64,000 bases of DNA from Octopus sinensis (GCF_006345805.1 NC_043014.1:6882001-6946000); one strand, 5' to 3'; numbered from the stretch's first letter, positions 37,633-50,674 are shown. The notes: a model not told the origin generated them from the letters alone. Numbers and translations are program-made.

Positions 37633-38263
37633 GCAAAAAGGACTGCCACAGCCAAACACCTGCTTCAATGACATAATTAATACCTGAGGGCATAAACACC
37701 ACAAAGCAAGCAAAGAAGCCAACAGCTAAACCATCACAAGGTTTTAATATCCACACACACATCCAGACAGTTGTCCTTAAATTGGCAGATATAGCCACTC
37801 ATATAATTTTAAGCAATTACAATTAAATTGCTTTGTAAAAATTAAAATAAAACACATGTTATCACGAACTTCCAAGTTGCTTAATACAAAATGGGGGGAA
37901 AAAAAAAAAAAAAATTGCAGTTTTTATTTCAAATTTATTTTTAATGATTTCACACATCCAATTAAGTTCTATTTTACTATTTACAGGGGACATTCTGATC
38001 TGTTATGGCAGTGGTTCTCAACCAGGCCCACATGACTCTTTACTCTCTCTCTCTCTTTTACTTGTTTCAGTCATTTGACTGCGGCCATGCCGGAGCACCG
38101 CCTTTTAGTCGAGCAAATCGACCCCGGGACTTATTCTTTTTGTAAGCCCAGTACTTATTCTATCGGTCTCTTTTTGCCGAACCGCTAAGTGACGGGGACG
38201 TAAACACACCAGCATCGGTTGTCAAGCGATGGTGCAGGGGGGGGGACAAACACAGACACACAC

Positions 38264-38320
<57 letters not shown>

Positions 38321-39099
38321 CACACACACGTGTATATATATATATATACATACATATATACGACAGGCTTCTTTCAGTTTCCGTCTACCAAATCCACTCA
38401 CAAGGCATGGGTCAGCCCGAGGCTATAGTAGAAGACACTTGCCCAAGATGCCACGCAGTGGGACTGAACCCGGAACCATGTGGTTGGTAAGCAAGCTACT
38501 TACCACACAGCCACTCCTAGATCTGGTCATTAAAATTTATGCACACTAAATCAGAGTTCTACAATGTAAAGGTGCATGGCTTAGTGGTTCGGGTACTTGG
38601 CTCACAATTCTAAGGTTGTGAGTTCGATTCCCAGTAGTGCCTTGTGTCCTTGAGCCAGGCACTTTACTTCCTTTTGCTCCAGTCAACTCAGCTGGCAAAA
38701 CTGGGTTGGGCCTGTAGGTCAAAGGGCCAGCCTTGTCACATTAGCATTGCAACCCTGAGTCTCTGAGGACTACGTCAAGGGCACAACGTGTCTGCGGAAT
38801 ACTCAGCCACATGCAAACAAGATGTTTTTTTGTGAAGGCATGTGGCTAAGTGGTTAGAGCATTCAGCTCACAATTTCAAAACCATGAGTTCAAATCCCAG
38901 CTGTGCATTCATCACATCAGGTGTGTAATGCTGAGTCTCTCTGAGAACCATGACATGCGTAGGCATGTCCATGGAGTGCTCAGCCACATGCACATTAATT
39001 TAACGAGCAGGCTGTTCTGTTGATTGGACCGACTGGAACCCTAGTTATTATAACAAATTAAATGCCAGTACTGGTACAATATACAAAATATCTTAATTT

Positions 39100-39785
39100 T
39101 ACAGACACTTCCTAATATTTAATTATAAAAAAAATATTTCAATTTTTCATACAATTCCTAATATTTAACTATAAAAAAATAATTTTAATTTTTCATACAA
39201 TTCCTAATATTTAATTATAAAAAAAATATATTTTAATTTTTCATACAATTCCTAATATTTAACTATAAAAAATTTTTTTAATTTTTCATACAATTCCTAA
39301 TATTTAATTATAAAAAAAATATATTTTAATTTTTCATACAATTCCTAATATTTAATCATAAAAAAATTTTAATTATAAAAAAGATATTTTAATTTTTCAT
39401 ACAATTCCTAATATTTAATTATAAAAAAAATTTAATTATAAAAAAGATATTTTAATTTTTCATACAATTCCTAATATTTCATTATAAAAATATATTTTAA
39501 TTTTTCATACAATTCCTAATATTTAATTATAAAAAAATTTTAATTATAAAAAAGATATTTTAATTTTTCATACAAGTCCTAATATTTAATTATAAAAAAA
39601 TTTAATTATAAAAAAGATATTTTAATTTTTCATACAATTCCTAATATTTAATTATAAAAAAAATTTAATTATAAAAAATATATTTTAATTTTTCATACAA
39701 TTCCTAATATTTAATTATTAAAAAATTTAATTATAAAAAAGATATTTTAATTTTTCATACAATTCCTAATATTTAATAAAAAAAA
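39100..39785. repeat. AT-rich minisatellite (~42-62-bp units)
   Basis: ttttaatttttcatacaattcctaatatttaattataaaaaa repeated about 13 times with variable spacers. Confidence 0.9.
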
Positions 39786-40412
39786 AATTTCACAGTAGTG
39801 AAATAGGAATCAAAGGGGTCCATTAGTGAAAAATGGTTGAGGACCCCTGTATTATGATGTTCGCTGTCACCACCACCAGGGGCCCAGCACAGATTTCTAT
39901 TCGCTGACACACTCAAATATCCAACCTCATACATAAAACATTAGAATATTCAGGTTTCACAAGGTGTCAAAGTTCTTAAACTACTACCCACCCACTCCCC
40001 CATTCAGCCTACCCAGCCACAGGCAGTGTTACCGGATCAATAAAGATATCTACTTAACTGGTTTCACAAATAATAATTCTAACCACAGCTTGAAATATCT
40101 CTAACGCTTCTTTTTTTATAGATCTATATTTAAGAGTTGAGGAATTATTTACATTTGACGGATATTTGTCCTCATTTTGTTTGTTGTTAACACAACGCTT
40201 CAGTTCTTTTCTACCCACCCACTCCCCCATTCAGCCTACCCAGCCACAGGCAGTATTACCGGATCAATTAAGATATTTACTTAACTGGTTTCGCAAATAA
40301 TTCTAACCACAGCTTAAAATATCTCTAACACTTCTTTTTTTATAGATCTATATTTAAGAGTTGAGGAATTATTTACATTTGACAGATATTTGTCCTCATT
40401 TTGTTTGTTGTT

Positions 40413-40458
40413 AACACAACGTTTCGGCTGATATACCCTCCAGCCTTCATCAGGTGTC
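40413..40458 (-). ncRNA. Minimal type I hammerhead ribozyme of Penelope-like-element type
   Basis: Minus strand: GACAC-CUGAUGA-A-GGCUG(gaggguauau)CAGCC-GAAAC-GUU/GUGUU. Intact catalytic core, 5-bp stem II, stem I GACAC:GUGUU, palindromic ACGU stem III. Confidence 0.75.
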
Positions 40459-40500
40459 TTGGGGAAATTTCGAACCTGGGTTCTCATCCATAAGGTATTT

Positions 40501-40730
40501 GGGAAAAATTTCAATATAGATGAAGCCATGATAGGCTATAAGGGCAGAGTACATTTTCGGCAGTACATGCCTACCAAACCAACTAAATGGGGGTTCAAGG
40601 TATGGGAAGTTTGTGAATCGGAGACAGGTAAAAAATACAATAGGAAAAGACCACATGGATTGGGACATGATGTTGTATGGTCTCTTACACAACCATTTCA
40701 CCATCAGCACCGACACCTCTATTTCGACCC
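40501..40730 (+). mobile_element. piggyBac transposase relic
   Basis: NIDEAMIGYKGRVHFRQYMPTKPTKWGFKVWEVCESETG...LGHDVVWSLTQPFHHQHRHLYFD contains the motifs around the first and second catalytic Asp, with an internal deletion. Confidence 0.9.
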
Positions 40731-42599
40731 TTGTGTTAAGGGTACTTTGGACAGTGTCACGACAAATATGGCATACCAACCGATCGTGGCCGATGCCAGA
40801 CACCCCCCACCCTGGCACCTGTGCAGGTGGCACGTAAAAAGCACCCACTACACTCGCGGAGTGGTTGGCGTTAGGAAGGGCATCCAGCTGTAGAAACACT
40901 GCCAGATCAGACTGGAGCCTGGTGCAGCCCCTGGCTTCCCAGACCCCGGTCGAACCATCCAACCCATGCTAGCGTGGAAAACAGATGTTAAACGATGATG
41001 ATGATTCCTTTTCATTTTATTATATAATATGTGAAAGTGAGAACTACATATTAACTGTATTCACCTTTGTCTCACCTGTTAATGAGATTTTTTATTAGAT
41101 GCATTTTGTTACGTAAATGAATTCGTTAAATTGTATAAGAGTGCATAGCCAATGGTATATTGACTAGTAAAAGAGTTTTGTACTTTATTATCAATGAAAA
41201 TGTTTGAATGAAGTATAGAAAATGACTAAAATCTTCTACCGATTACACCTGTATTTTAATTAATTCAAATTAATGTACCTCATCTCGAAAAATGTAAAAT
41301 CATTGGCAGTTGATATCTGGGATAATTTTAGCAGCAAACCAAACAGGTAAGATGTATTAAGAATATGAATTATAATATTTTCACACCTGATAATTAAATT
41401 TACCTGCCCATAAAAGTAAAATTTAGCCAGAAAGATCAGCTAAAATTACGTAATTATAAACCACTGGCATATAAGCACCCATTTACAAAGTTTCAAATCT
41501 GTATTTTCATTTTCATATCATCTTGTTTCAGCTCACGAGCTGTGGCCATGCTGGGTCACCGCCATGTATACTCTCTTTTACTTGTTTCAGTCATTTGACT
41601 GCGGCCATGCTGGAGCACCGCCTTTAGTCGAGCAACTCGACCCCGGGACTTATTCTATCGGTCTCTTTTTGCTGAACCGCTAAGTGACGGGGACGTAAAC
41701 ACACCAGCATTGGTTGTCAAGCAATGCTAGGGGGACAAACACAGACACACAAACATACATATATATACATATATACGACGGGCTTCTTTTAGTTTCCGTC
41801 TACCAAATCCACTCACAAGGCTTTGGTCGGCCCGAGGCTATAGTAGAAGGCATTTGCCCAAGGTGCCACGCAGTGGGACTGAACCCGGAGCCACGTGGCT
41901 GGTAAGCAAGCTACTTACCACACAGCCACTCCTGCGCCTATGTATGTAGAAAATTAATAGAGTTACAAGCAAATATTGTGGACACCCCACTCGAACCTGA
42001 ATAAATCAAAATTAATGTGAACAGATAAGGATTACATTTGACAAATTAATCTGAACACTTAAAGGGTTAAACCTCCAAAGTCCCATTGACGTCAGAAAGC
42101 ATTCTTCCCAGTACGGCCCGCACACATGCTGGAGATGGGAGGAAACGTCCTCTATATCTAATCCAATAAAATTTACAACTTTTTGAAGCGGTTAACCTAC
42201 TGACAATATAAATATTCTTAAAGGCAACAAAACAGCAGGCAAGCACATGACTGCATTATTTGGCAGAGACATTGTTTAGTGATTTATCTCCGGACAAATG
42301 AAAAGAAATTCGGTAAAGAAACAGCTAATACCCCCCTGACACTCCAGGCAGCAAATGATTTAATGAAGATACACTGGGTCTGAATCCGAAAACGGAATCA
42401 AAGAAGAAAGAAAAAAAAAACTAATTAAAAAAGGTGGAAAGGAGTGGCTGTGTGGTAAGTAGCTTGCTTACCAACCACATGGTTCCGGGTTCAGTCCCAC
42501 TGCGTGGCACCTTGGGCAAGTGTCTTCTACTATAGCCTCGGGCCGACCAAAGCCTTGTGAGTGGATTTGGTAGACGTAAACTGAAAGAAGCCCGTTGTA

Positions 42600-42659
<60 letters not shown>

Positions 42660-42769
42660 GTGCGTGTGTGTTTGTGTGTCTATGTTTGTCCCCCTAGCAT
42701 TGCTTGACAACCGACGCTGGTGTGTTTATGTCCCCCGTCACTTAGCGGTTTGGCAAAAGAAACCGATAG

Positions 42770-44096
42770 AATAAGTACTGGGCTTACAAAGAATAAGTCC
42801 AGGGGTTCAAGTTGCTCGATTAAAGGTGGTGCTCCAGCATGGCCGCAGTCAAATGACTGAAACAAGTAAAAAGAGTATAAAAAAAAAGAGTATATAAACA
42901 ATACCAACAAAGAACAGGATGGTCACACTGGAGCAATTTAGAGAACATCATTATTGTTTTCACATCTGTTTTTCTATGCTTGCATGGGTCAGGTGGATAT
43001 CACAGTGGCAGATTTTCTATGACTGGATGCCCTTCCTGTTGCTAACGCAAACCCATTTCAGGTTTGTAATTAATATGATCCAACAGTGAATTATACCCAG
43101 CCTCAACCCCAAAGGTCTTCTTTCTAAAGAAGGTATGCCCCTAGCGCCAGGTTCCTCACAACAATCCTTCTCTTTCCCATATATATTTGAAAGCATAATG
43201 TATAACAAACTATAGTCGCAAATATGTAATTTGAAATGCAATTCATAAACATGAAGGAGTGGCTGTGTGGTAAGTAGCTTGCTAACCAACCACATGGTTC
43301 CGGGTTCAGTCCCACTGCGTGGCATCTTGGGCAAGTGTCTCCTGCTATAGCCCCGGGCCGACCAATGCCTTGTGAGTGGATTTGGTAGATGGAAACTGAA
43401 AGAAGCCTGTCGTATATATGTATATATATATATATGAATGTATGTGTGTATTTGTGTGTCTGTGTTTGTCCCCCTAGCATTGCTTGACAACCGATGCTGG
43501 TTCGGCAAAAAGAGACCGATAGAATAAGTACTGGGCTTCCAAAGAATAAGTCCCGGGTTCAATTTGCTCGACTAAAGGCGGTGCTCCAGCATGGCCGCAG
43601 TCAAATGACTGAAACAAGTAAAAGATGAAGGCAATTGTGATAGGAAAAGTATAGATACAAGAGAGGAGAGAAAACAATATGTTATTTTGACTATGCACTC
43701 ATTAACCTACTTGAAAACCGCATGAAATAACCTGGTCTTATTTAAATGAGAATTCTGGGGTTGAGGCTGGGTATAATTCACTGTTGGATCATATTAATTA
43801 CAAACCTGAAATGGGTTTGCGTTAGCAACAGGAAGGGCATCCAGTCATAGAAAATCTGCCACTGTGATATCCACCTGACCCATGCAAGCATAGAAAAACA
43901 GATGTGAAAACAATAATGATGTTCTCTAAATTGCTCCAGTGTGACCATGCTGTTCTTTGTTGGTATTGTTTATATACTCATTTTACTTGTTTCAGTCATT
44001 TGACTGCGGCCATGCTGGAGCACCACCTTTAATCGAGCAATTTGACCCCCTGGACTTATTCTTTGTAAGCCCAGTACTTATTTAAATGAGAATTCT
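42770..44096. repeat. Near-perfect inverted duplication (arms 42770-43111 and 43756-44082)
   Basis: About 225 bp of non-SINE sequence plus the adjacent SINE tail appear again as the reverse complement, flanked by a 20-bp direct repeat at 43737-43756 and 44077-44096. Confidence 0.9.
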
Positions 44097-44269
44097 AATT
44101 CATCTCAAGGCTTCGTTAGATAAACAATTGCTTACCAACCACATGGTTCTGGGTTCAGTCCCACTGCGTGGCACCTTGGACAAGTGTCTTCTACTATAGC
44201 CTCGGGCCGACCAAAGCCTTGTGAGTGGATTTGGTAGACGGAAACTGAAAGAAGCCCGTCCTATATATG

Positions 44270-44334
<65 letters not shown>

Positions 44335-46192
44335 AGGAGTGGCTGTGTGGTAAGTAGCTTGCTTACCAACCACATGGTTCCGGGTTCAGTCCCACTGCGT
44401 GGCACCTTGGACAAGTGTCTTCTACTATAGCCTCGGGCCGACCAAAGCCTTGTGAGTGGATTTGGTAGACGGAAACTGAAAGAAGCCCGTCGTGTGTGTG
44501 TGTGTGTGTATATATATGCGTGTGTGTGTTTGTGCGTCTGTGTTTGTCCCCCTAGCATTGCTTGACGACCGATGCTGGTGTGTTTATGTCCTCGTCACTT
44601 AGTGGCTCGGCAAAAGAGACCGATAGAATAAGTACTGGGCTTACAAAAGAATAAGTCCCGGGGTCGAGTTGCTCGACTAAAGGCGGTGCTCCAGCATGAC
44701 CGCAGTCAAATGACTGAAACAAGTAAAAGAGTAAAGAGAGAGTATACAACTTCAGTTTATTACAAATAAACTAGAGCATACCCTGACAGTTATAACAAGA
44801 AAAAAAGCACATGTTCTGAGTTGACCTTTTCGTAATTTTTTTGTTTTATATTATACAAGAAACGAAGAAGTAATTAAGCAGATGCAAAGACAAGAGGTTA
44901 TGAGACAGGAAGACCTGTTGGGGCAAGTGAAATTGGAATCGAAATTGAACCAATCCTATGACTGGCACCCGGCAGATGCCAGGACCCCTGGACTGGAGAT
45001 ACGTAAAAAGCACCATCCGAATCGTGGCCGAAGCCAGTGCCGCCTCGACTGGCTTCCGTGCAAGTGGCACGTAAAATGCACCAATCCGACCGTGGCCGAT
45101 GCCAGCCTCGCCTGGCACCAGTGCAGGTGGCACGTAAAAAGCACCCACTACACTCACGGAGTGGTTGGCATTAGGAAGGGCATCCAGCTGTAGAAACACT
45201 GCCAGATCAGACCGGAGCCTGGTGCAGCCTTCTGGCTTCCCAGATCCCCGGTCGAACCGTCCAACCCATGCTAGCATGGAGAATGGACGTTAAACGATGA
45301 TGATGACATCTCATTTTACAAGCGCAGCTGTTGAAAGGTCCAGAATGTGACATACCTATGTCAACAAAGCACTTTTCATAAAAAGAATCACTGAGGTTAA
45401 GTAAAGACATCTCGTACAGGTAAGAGCACAAATGAGGGAGGATTAATACAGACATCATCATCATCATCGTCATCATTTAACATCCGTTTCCAATGCTAAC
45501 ATATGGCGCAGGAGTGGCTGTGTGGTGAGTAGCTTGCTTACCAGCCACATGGTACCGGGTTCAGTCCTACTGCGTGGCACCTTGGGCAAGTGTCTTCTGC
45601 TAAAGCCCCGGGCAGACCAATGCCTTGGGAGTGGATTTGGTAGACGGAAACTGAAAGAAGCCTGTCATATATATATGTATATATATGTGTGTGTGTGTGT
45701 GTGTTTGTGTGCTTGACAACCGCTGCTGGTGTGTTTACGTCCCTGTCACTTAGTGGTTCGGCAAAAAGAGACCGATAGAATAAGTACTTGGCTTACAAAG
45801 AATAAGTCCCGGGGTCGATTTGCTCGACTAAAGGCGGTGCTCCAGCATGGCCGCAGTCAAATGACTGAAACAATTAAAAGAGTAAAAGAGTAATATGCAA
45901 CCATGGTTTGGACGATTCAAGAGGAGCTGGCAGTCCAGGCAAAGCTCTACTGTAGCTTTGCCAGTTTCAACTGCTGTGGACGCAGCGCCAACCACTTTAT
46001 GTTGCGCACTGTGTGCCATTTTTGTCGTGCCACTAACAAGTCTGATTGTTGAATAAACTGTAAAACAGGCAGAGATCATCAGAGAAAAGAAGCCCCCCCC
46101 CCTAAACCAGAAGTGCACACGCATACATTGATCTACACAATGCCGTCATTAAGTTTGAATATATGGATGCCTGCAGCTATCAACAATGATTA

Positions 46193-46497
46193 TCTTTATA
46201 TATAAACTTGAAGTTGTGTGTGTGAGACTGTCTCCTCCGATTTAGATTCCTATCTACTCCCACATTTTGCGGTGCAGTTTAACCAAAACCGGGTATCTTA
46301 TAGTCATCATTCATATCGAGCCCCTCTGGGTATTAGCGCGAGTCTACGATGAGTCTACAATTTTAAAAATAATTTACCATCATTTTTCCGCATTTTTAAT
46401 GATTTTTGCTCAGGTTATATAAGGGAAATAACTCTCTAAAAATGCTTGTATAGTTATTTCCTTTACAAACCCGAGCAACGCCGGGCGATACTGCTAG
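46193..46497 (+). mobile_element. Non-autonomous Helitron A
   Basis: A|TC start and ...gggcgatactgCTAG|T end. Confidence 0.85.
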
Positions 46498-49400
46498 TTT
46501 CATCTAAACTTCCTGGATACGTGGTTAGGAGGTTTGCTTTCCCAGTGATGTTGCAGTGTCCAACAATATACCTTGACCCATTGGCGCAGAAAAGTCAGCA
46601 TTAAAATAATGATAACGATATAATGAAGCAAACCGTAGACGGGTGGGGTAATATCCGGATATTTCACGTTACCCCGAAAAGCTTCCAACATTTAATGAGA
46701 AACCCAAGTTTGTCTGGTTAATCCATCAACAAAGTAACAGTTGGGATTATTTAATGTGCAAGGTGTGGCTGCAGCTGTGTGGTAAGAAGCTTGCTTCCCA
46801 ACCACATGGTTCTGGGTTCAGTCTCTCTGAACGGCACCTTGAGCAAGTCTCTACTATAGCCTCAGGCCAACTAAAGCCTCGTGACTTGGTAGGCGGAAAC
46901 TGAAAGAAGCTTGTCAGGTGTGAGCCCACCCCCACCCCATCACCAGTTTTGATGTGTATATGACCCCATAACTTAGCAGTCCAGTACTAGGCTTACAAGT
47001 CCTGCGGTTGATTTGTTCAACTGAAATCTCTCAAGGTGGTGCTCCAGCATGGCCACAGTCAAATGACTGAAACAAGAATAAAAAAAAAAAAAAAGAATCT
47101 CCATGACTCCAGGTTTTAACTTTGCACAGGTGTGAAAACTGATGAAATTGCTGGTCTCCAGAGTCTGGCGTATCCATGGTAATATCCAAAGCAGTTACAA
47201 AACTTTTCATTAATCTAATTACTATTGACAAACATTTCTCGAGCAGGTATCATGCTTTTAATATCTTCACAAAGTAATTAGCCCCATTGATCACATCAAT
47301 CAATATAGGCCAAGCAAGTCATTGAGCAATAATCATTAGCCAGCAGAAGTTATGTACTTTTTTAATTTGTGGACATTAAACGACCAGGCTTTTGCTGTTA
47401 ACCTGTCTCAAGCCAGCCGAGAAATATTCCGGTTTACGTGACCTCCCGGATGAAAACAAATGAATAACCTAGTCATATTTATATGAGAATTTCAGGATAA
47501 ACTAGCACTATGACCTGGCAATGCCGGGTTATAGTGCTAGTGCATGCATATACAGCTGCGCGCGTGTGCACATACACGCGAGTACTGTCCAAATCTCCGA
47601 CCAATCACATACAGCTAGCTGGCATTCGATTGGCATAACATGTTTCGGGCATTTTAATTGGGTTTTGGATAGAAAATTCACTTCTATTGACTTTTTAATG
47701 GCTTTGCGGGGTGACTGGGGAAATGTAAAGATGCGCATGACCACCCTTGGACGGTTTTGAATGACCATTGTGCCTGAGAGGGTAACTTTCTAGGTGCAAT
47801 CCCATGGTCAGTCATGACCAAAGGGGGTCACAGCAAAATGTTGACTGCGACTTCAGAATTTCAAAATGCTTTGCCTTCAGACAGTCTAAAACTTCGAAGT
47901 CACTATCAATCAGCTTGTAAGAAATAATGAATATGTACCCTATGAAGGTAATCCTTCAGTTCAATTCCAGTTTCATGTTGTCTAGGAGCAAGTTTGAATT
48001 CAAAGAATTTTCGAAAGACACAGAAAGATCGAAGAAAATATATGGCAAACATGAAAACCATGCGTTTGATTATGAACCAGAAACTTCTTTTTCATCATCA
48101 TCATCATCATCATCATTTAATGTCTGCTTTCCATGCTGGCATGGGTTGGACGATTAGACCGAGGACTGGTTGAGTCCGAGGCTACACCAGGCTCAATCTG
48201 ATCTGGCAGTTTCTACAGCTGGATGCCCTTCCTAATGCCAACCACCCCGAGAGTGTAGAAATATTCTGGAACGAAAACCATTCTGACAGCTTCCATAACA
48301 AACAATAACAGAAAGAAAAAAAATTTGTACCTGAATGCAGTAATAGTTTAAAAACAGTTAATCCTATTTTTAGAAAAGGTATTAGACCTAACCACAGTCT
48401 TTCCAAGGAAACGAAACCATTTTTTTTCTTCTTTTTCCTTTGAAGCTAATCCTGCATAAATGAATCTTTTTGCACAATGGGAACCAAGTTGAAAAACATG
48501 ATAGTTCTTCAACATTCTTGGAATAAAGTTAGAAATGAATTTGATTTACAAATATTTTTTTTTTTTAAACTTTACCTAATTTTTATTTTTTATAATTAAT
48601 TAAATGTATCACAAATCTTAATTATTCTCTTTACTTGTTTCAGTCATTTTGACAGCGGCCATGCTGGAGTATCACCTTTAGTCAGACAAATTGACCCCCA
48701 GGACATTCTTTGTAAGCCTAGTACTTATTCTATCCGTCTCTTCATGTTCATGTCTGCTAGAACATGTCAAGAGTGGATATCTACTCATTGTTTTTTTTGC
48801 ATAAACTAAATAATTTCATCCTTTTAGAGTTTACATCCATATAATTCTTTCTTTCTTCACCATGGCTTTGGACAAGTTTATACACTTTAACCCTTTCCTT
48901 ACTGTATTTATTTTGAGATGCTCTGTGTTTCTTTCAATTTATTTTAAATATAACAAAGAATTTAGTAAAATAACTTAGTTATCATGAAGCTAGTTTTAGG
49001 AACAGAAATTGTGACTAAGGTTTGGTGGAAGATTTTAATTCAAAACCTTTGAAAACAAGACATTTGTACTCAGAGCCAAAAGTGGTTTCAACCAGGTTGG
49101 TAACGAAAGGGTTAAGAATTGTTTCTCTATTATATATATTTTAACCCTTTCATTACTGTATTTATTTTGAGATGCTCTGTGTTGCTTTCAATTTATTTCA
49201 AATATAACAAAAAATTTAGTAAAATAACTTATTTATCGTTAAGCTAGTGTTAGGAACATAAATTGTGACTAAGGTTTGGTGGAAGATTTTAATTCAAAAC
49301 TTTTGAAAACAAGACATTTGTACTACAGAACCAGAGCCGGGTTGGTAACGAAAGCGCTAATTAATACCCAGTGCTAGTTCCAACACCATATTCTTTAGTG

Positions 49401-50535
49401 AGCACTGCGACAGACACTACAATAAAGTTTCTTTAGTAACTCTAATCCTTGCATTATTGATAATGTTCTTTTTCTGTTTCTCCCTGTTATCAATTGGGGT
49501 CCCAGCAGTTCTTTGACATTTTCAGAGAAAATAATATGCAAAGTCACAAGAAACAACACAAAAACAGCAAACGGATATCTTCTCTCTCTGTGCTGAGCCA
49601 CACCTGACGCTTGGCGCTAAGTGGCACCAAGCTGCCAAGCGGTGCCACGTCATGTGAGTCTGGTCACCGTGGTCAGCTGTTTGCACACCAAACGATTCCT
49701 GTTATGACATGCGCCACCCTGCCACAAAAAAAAGTTTGGTTTTAGGGGTTTCCCAGATAAAGGTTTGTGTACCTGTACTGCTGAGGTGGCAAAATGGCAG
49801 AATCATTAGCACGCTGGGCAAAACACTTTACTGGCATTTCGGGGCATGTTCTCAGTTCAAATTCTGCCGAGGTCAACTTAGCCGTTCATCCTTTTGGGGG
49901 CCAATAAAACGAGTAGCAGTTGAGCACTGGGGGCTGATGTAATCACCTTAACCCCCACCTCAAAAATTGCTGGCTGTACCAAAATTTGAAACAACGACGA
50001 CCACCACCACTGGCCACTTGTTTCATTGAACTTTGGAGAAGACAAATTAAGATTTGAACCCATTTTCTTTAGGTATTATTGCCATCTCATTTTTTTAACA
50101 TTACCAGTTCCAGTGGCTATGGGAAGTTAGCCAACTTCAATCCCTGAGATAGACATGAATTTATGGTACAATGATATACCTATTTCTTTATTACCCACAA
50201 GGGGCTAAACATAGAGGGGACAGACATGGGTATTAAGTCGATTACAACGACCCCAGTGCGTAACCGGTACTTATTTAATCGACCCCGAGAGGATGAAAGG
50301 CAAAGTCAACCCCGGCGGAATTTGAACTCAGAACGTAGCGGCAGACAAAATACCGCTCAGTATTTTGCCCGGCGTGCTAACGGTTCTGCCAAAGAGACCG
50401 AGTGGTCTCCTTGGTAACTAAGTTACCCCATCTAAAAAAAAACTAAGAAATTACCAAAAAAAAAATAAAATAAAAAAAAATAAAAAAAGGTGCAAAAAAG
50501 GATTTTAAAAAAGGGGAAAAAGACAAATCACATAC

Positions 50536-50674
50536 CGAAGCTGCTGTTTCTTCACTGAAGCGGTGCTTTCTCTGTAAGTGCTTATATAGCTCCCCTTCTG
50601 GAGCATACTCCAAAATCAAGTAGACCCGAGATTTATCATGGAAATAACCATAGAGGCGAAGAATATTTGGGTGT
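50536..50674 (-). CDS. aurk: Aurora kinase exon: subdomains IV-V including the hinge
   Basis: taattacag|A CAC CCA encodes (R)[46 protein letters not shown]|gtatgt; 139 bp, phase 0 out matching the 20828 acceptor. Not present in the supplied ORF track. Confidence 0.95.

Noticed and set aside
47545-47765. Main promoter of the Aurora gene
   Set aside because: A coding exon lies upstream of it at 50536-50674, so the true promoter must be further 5'.
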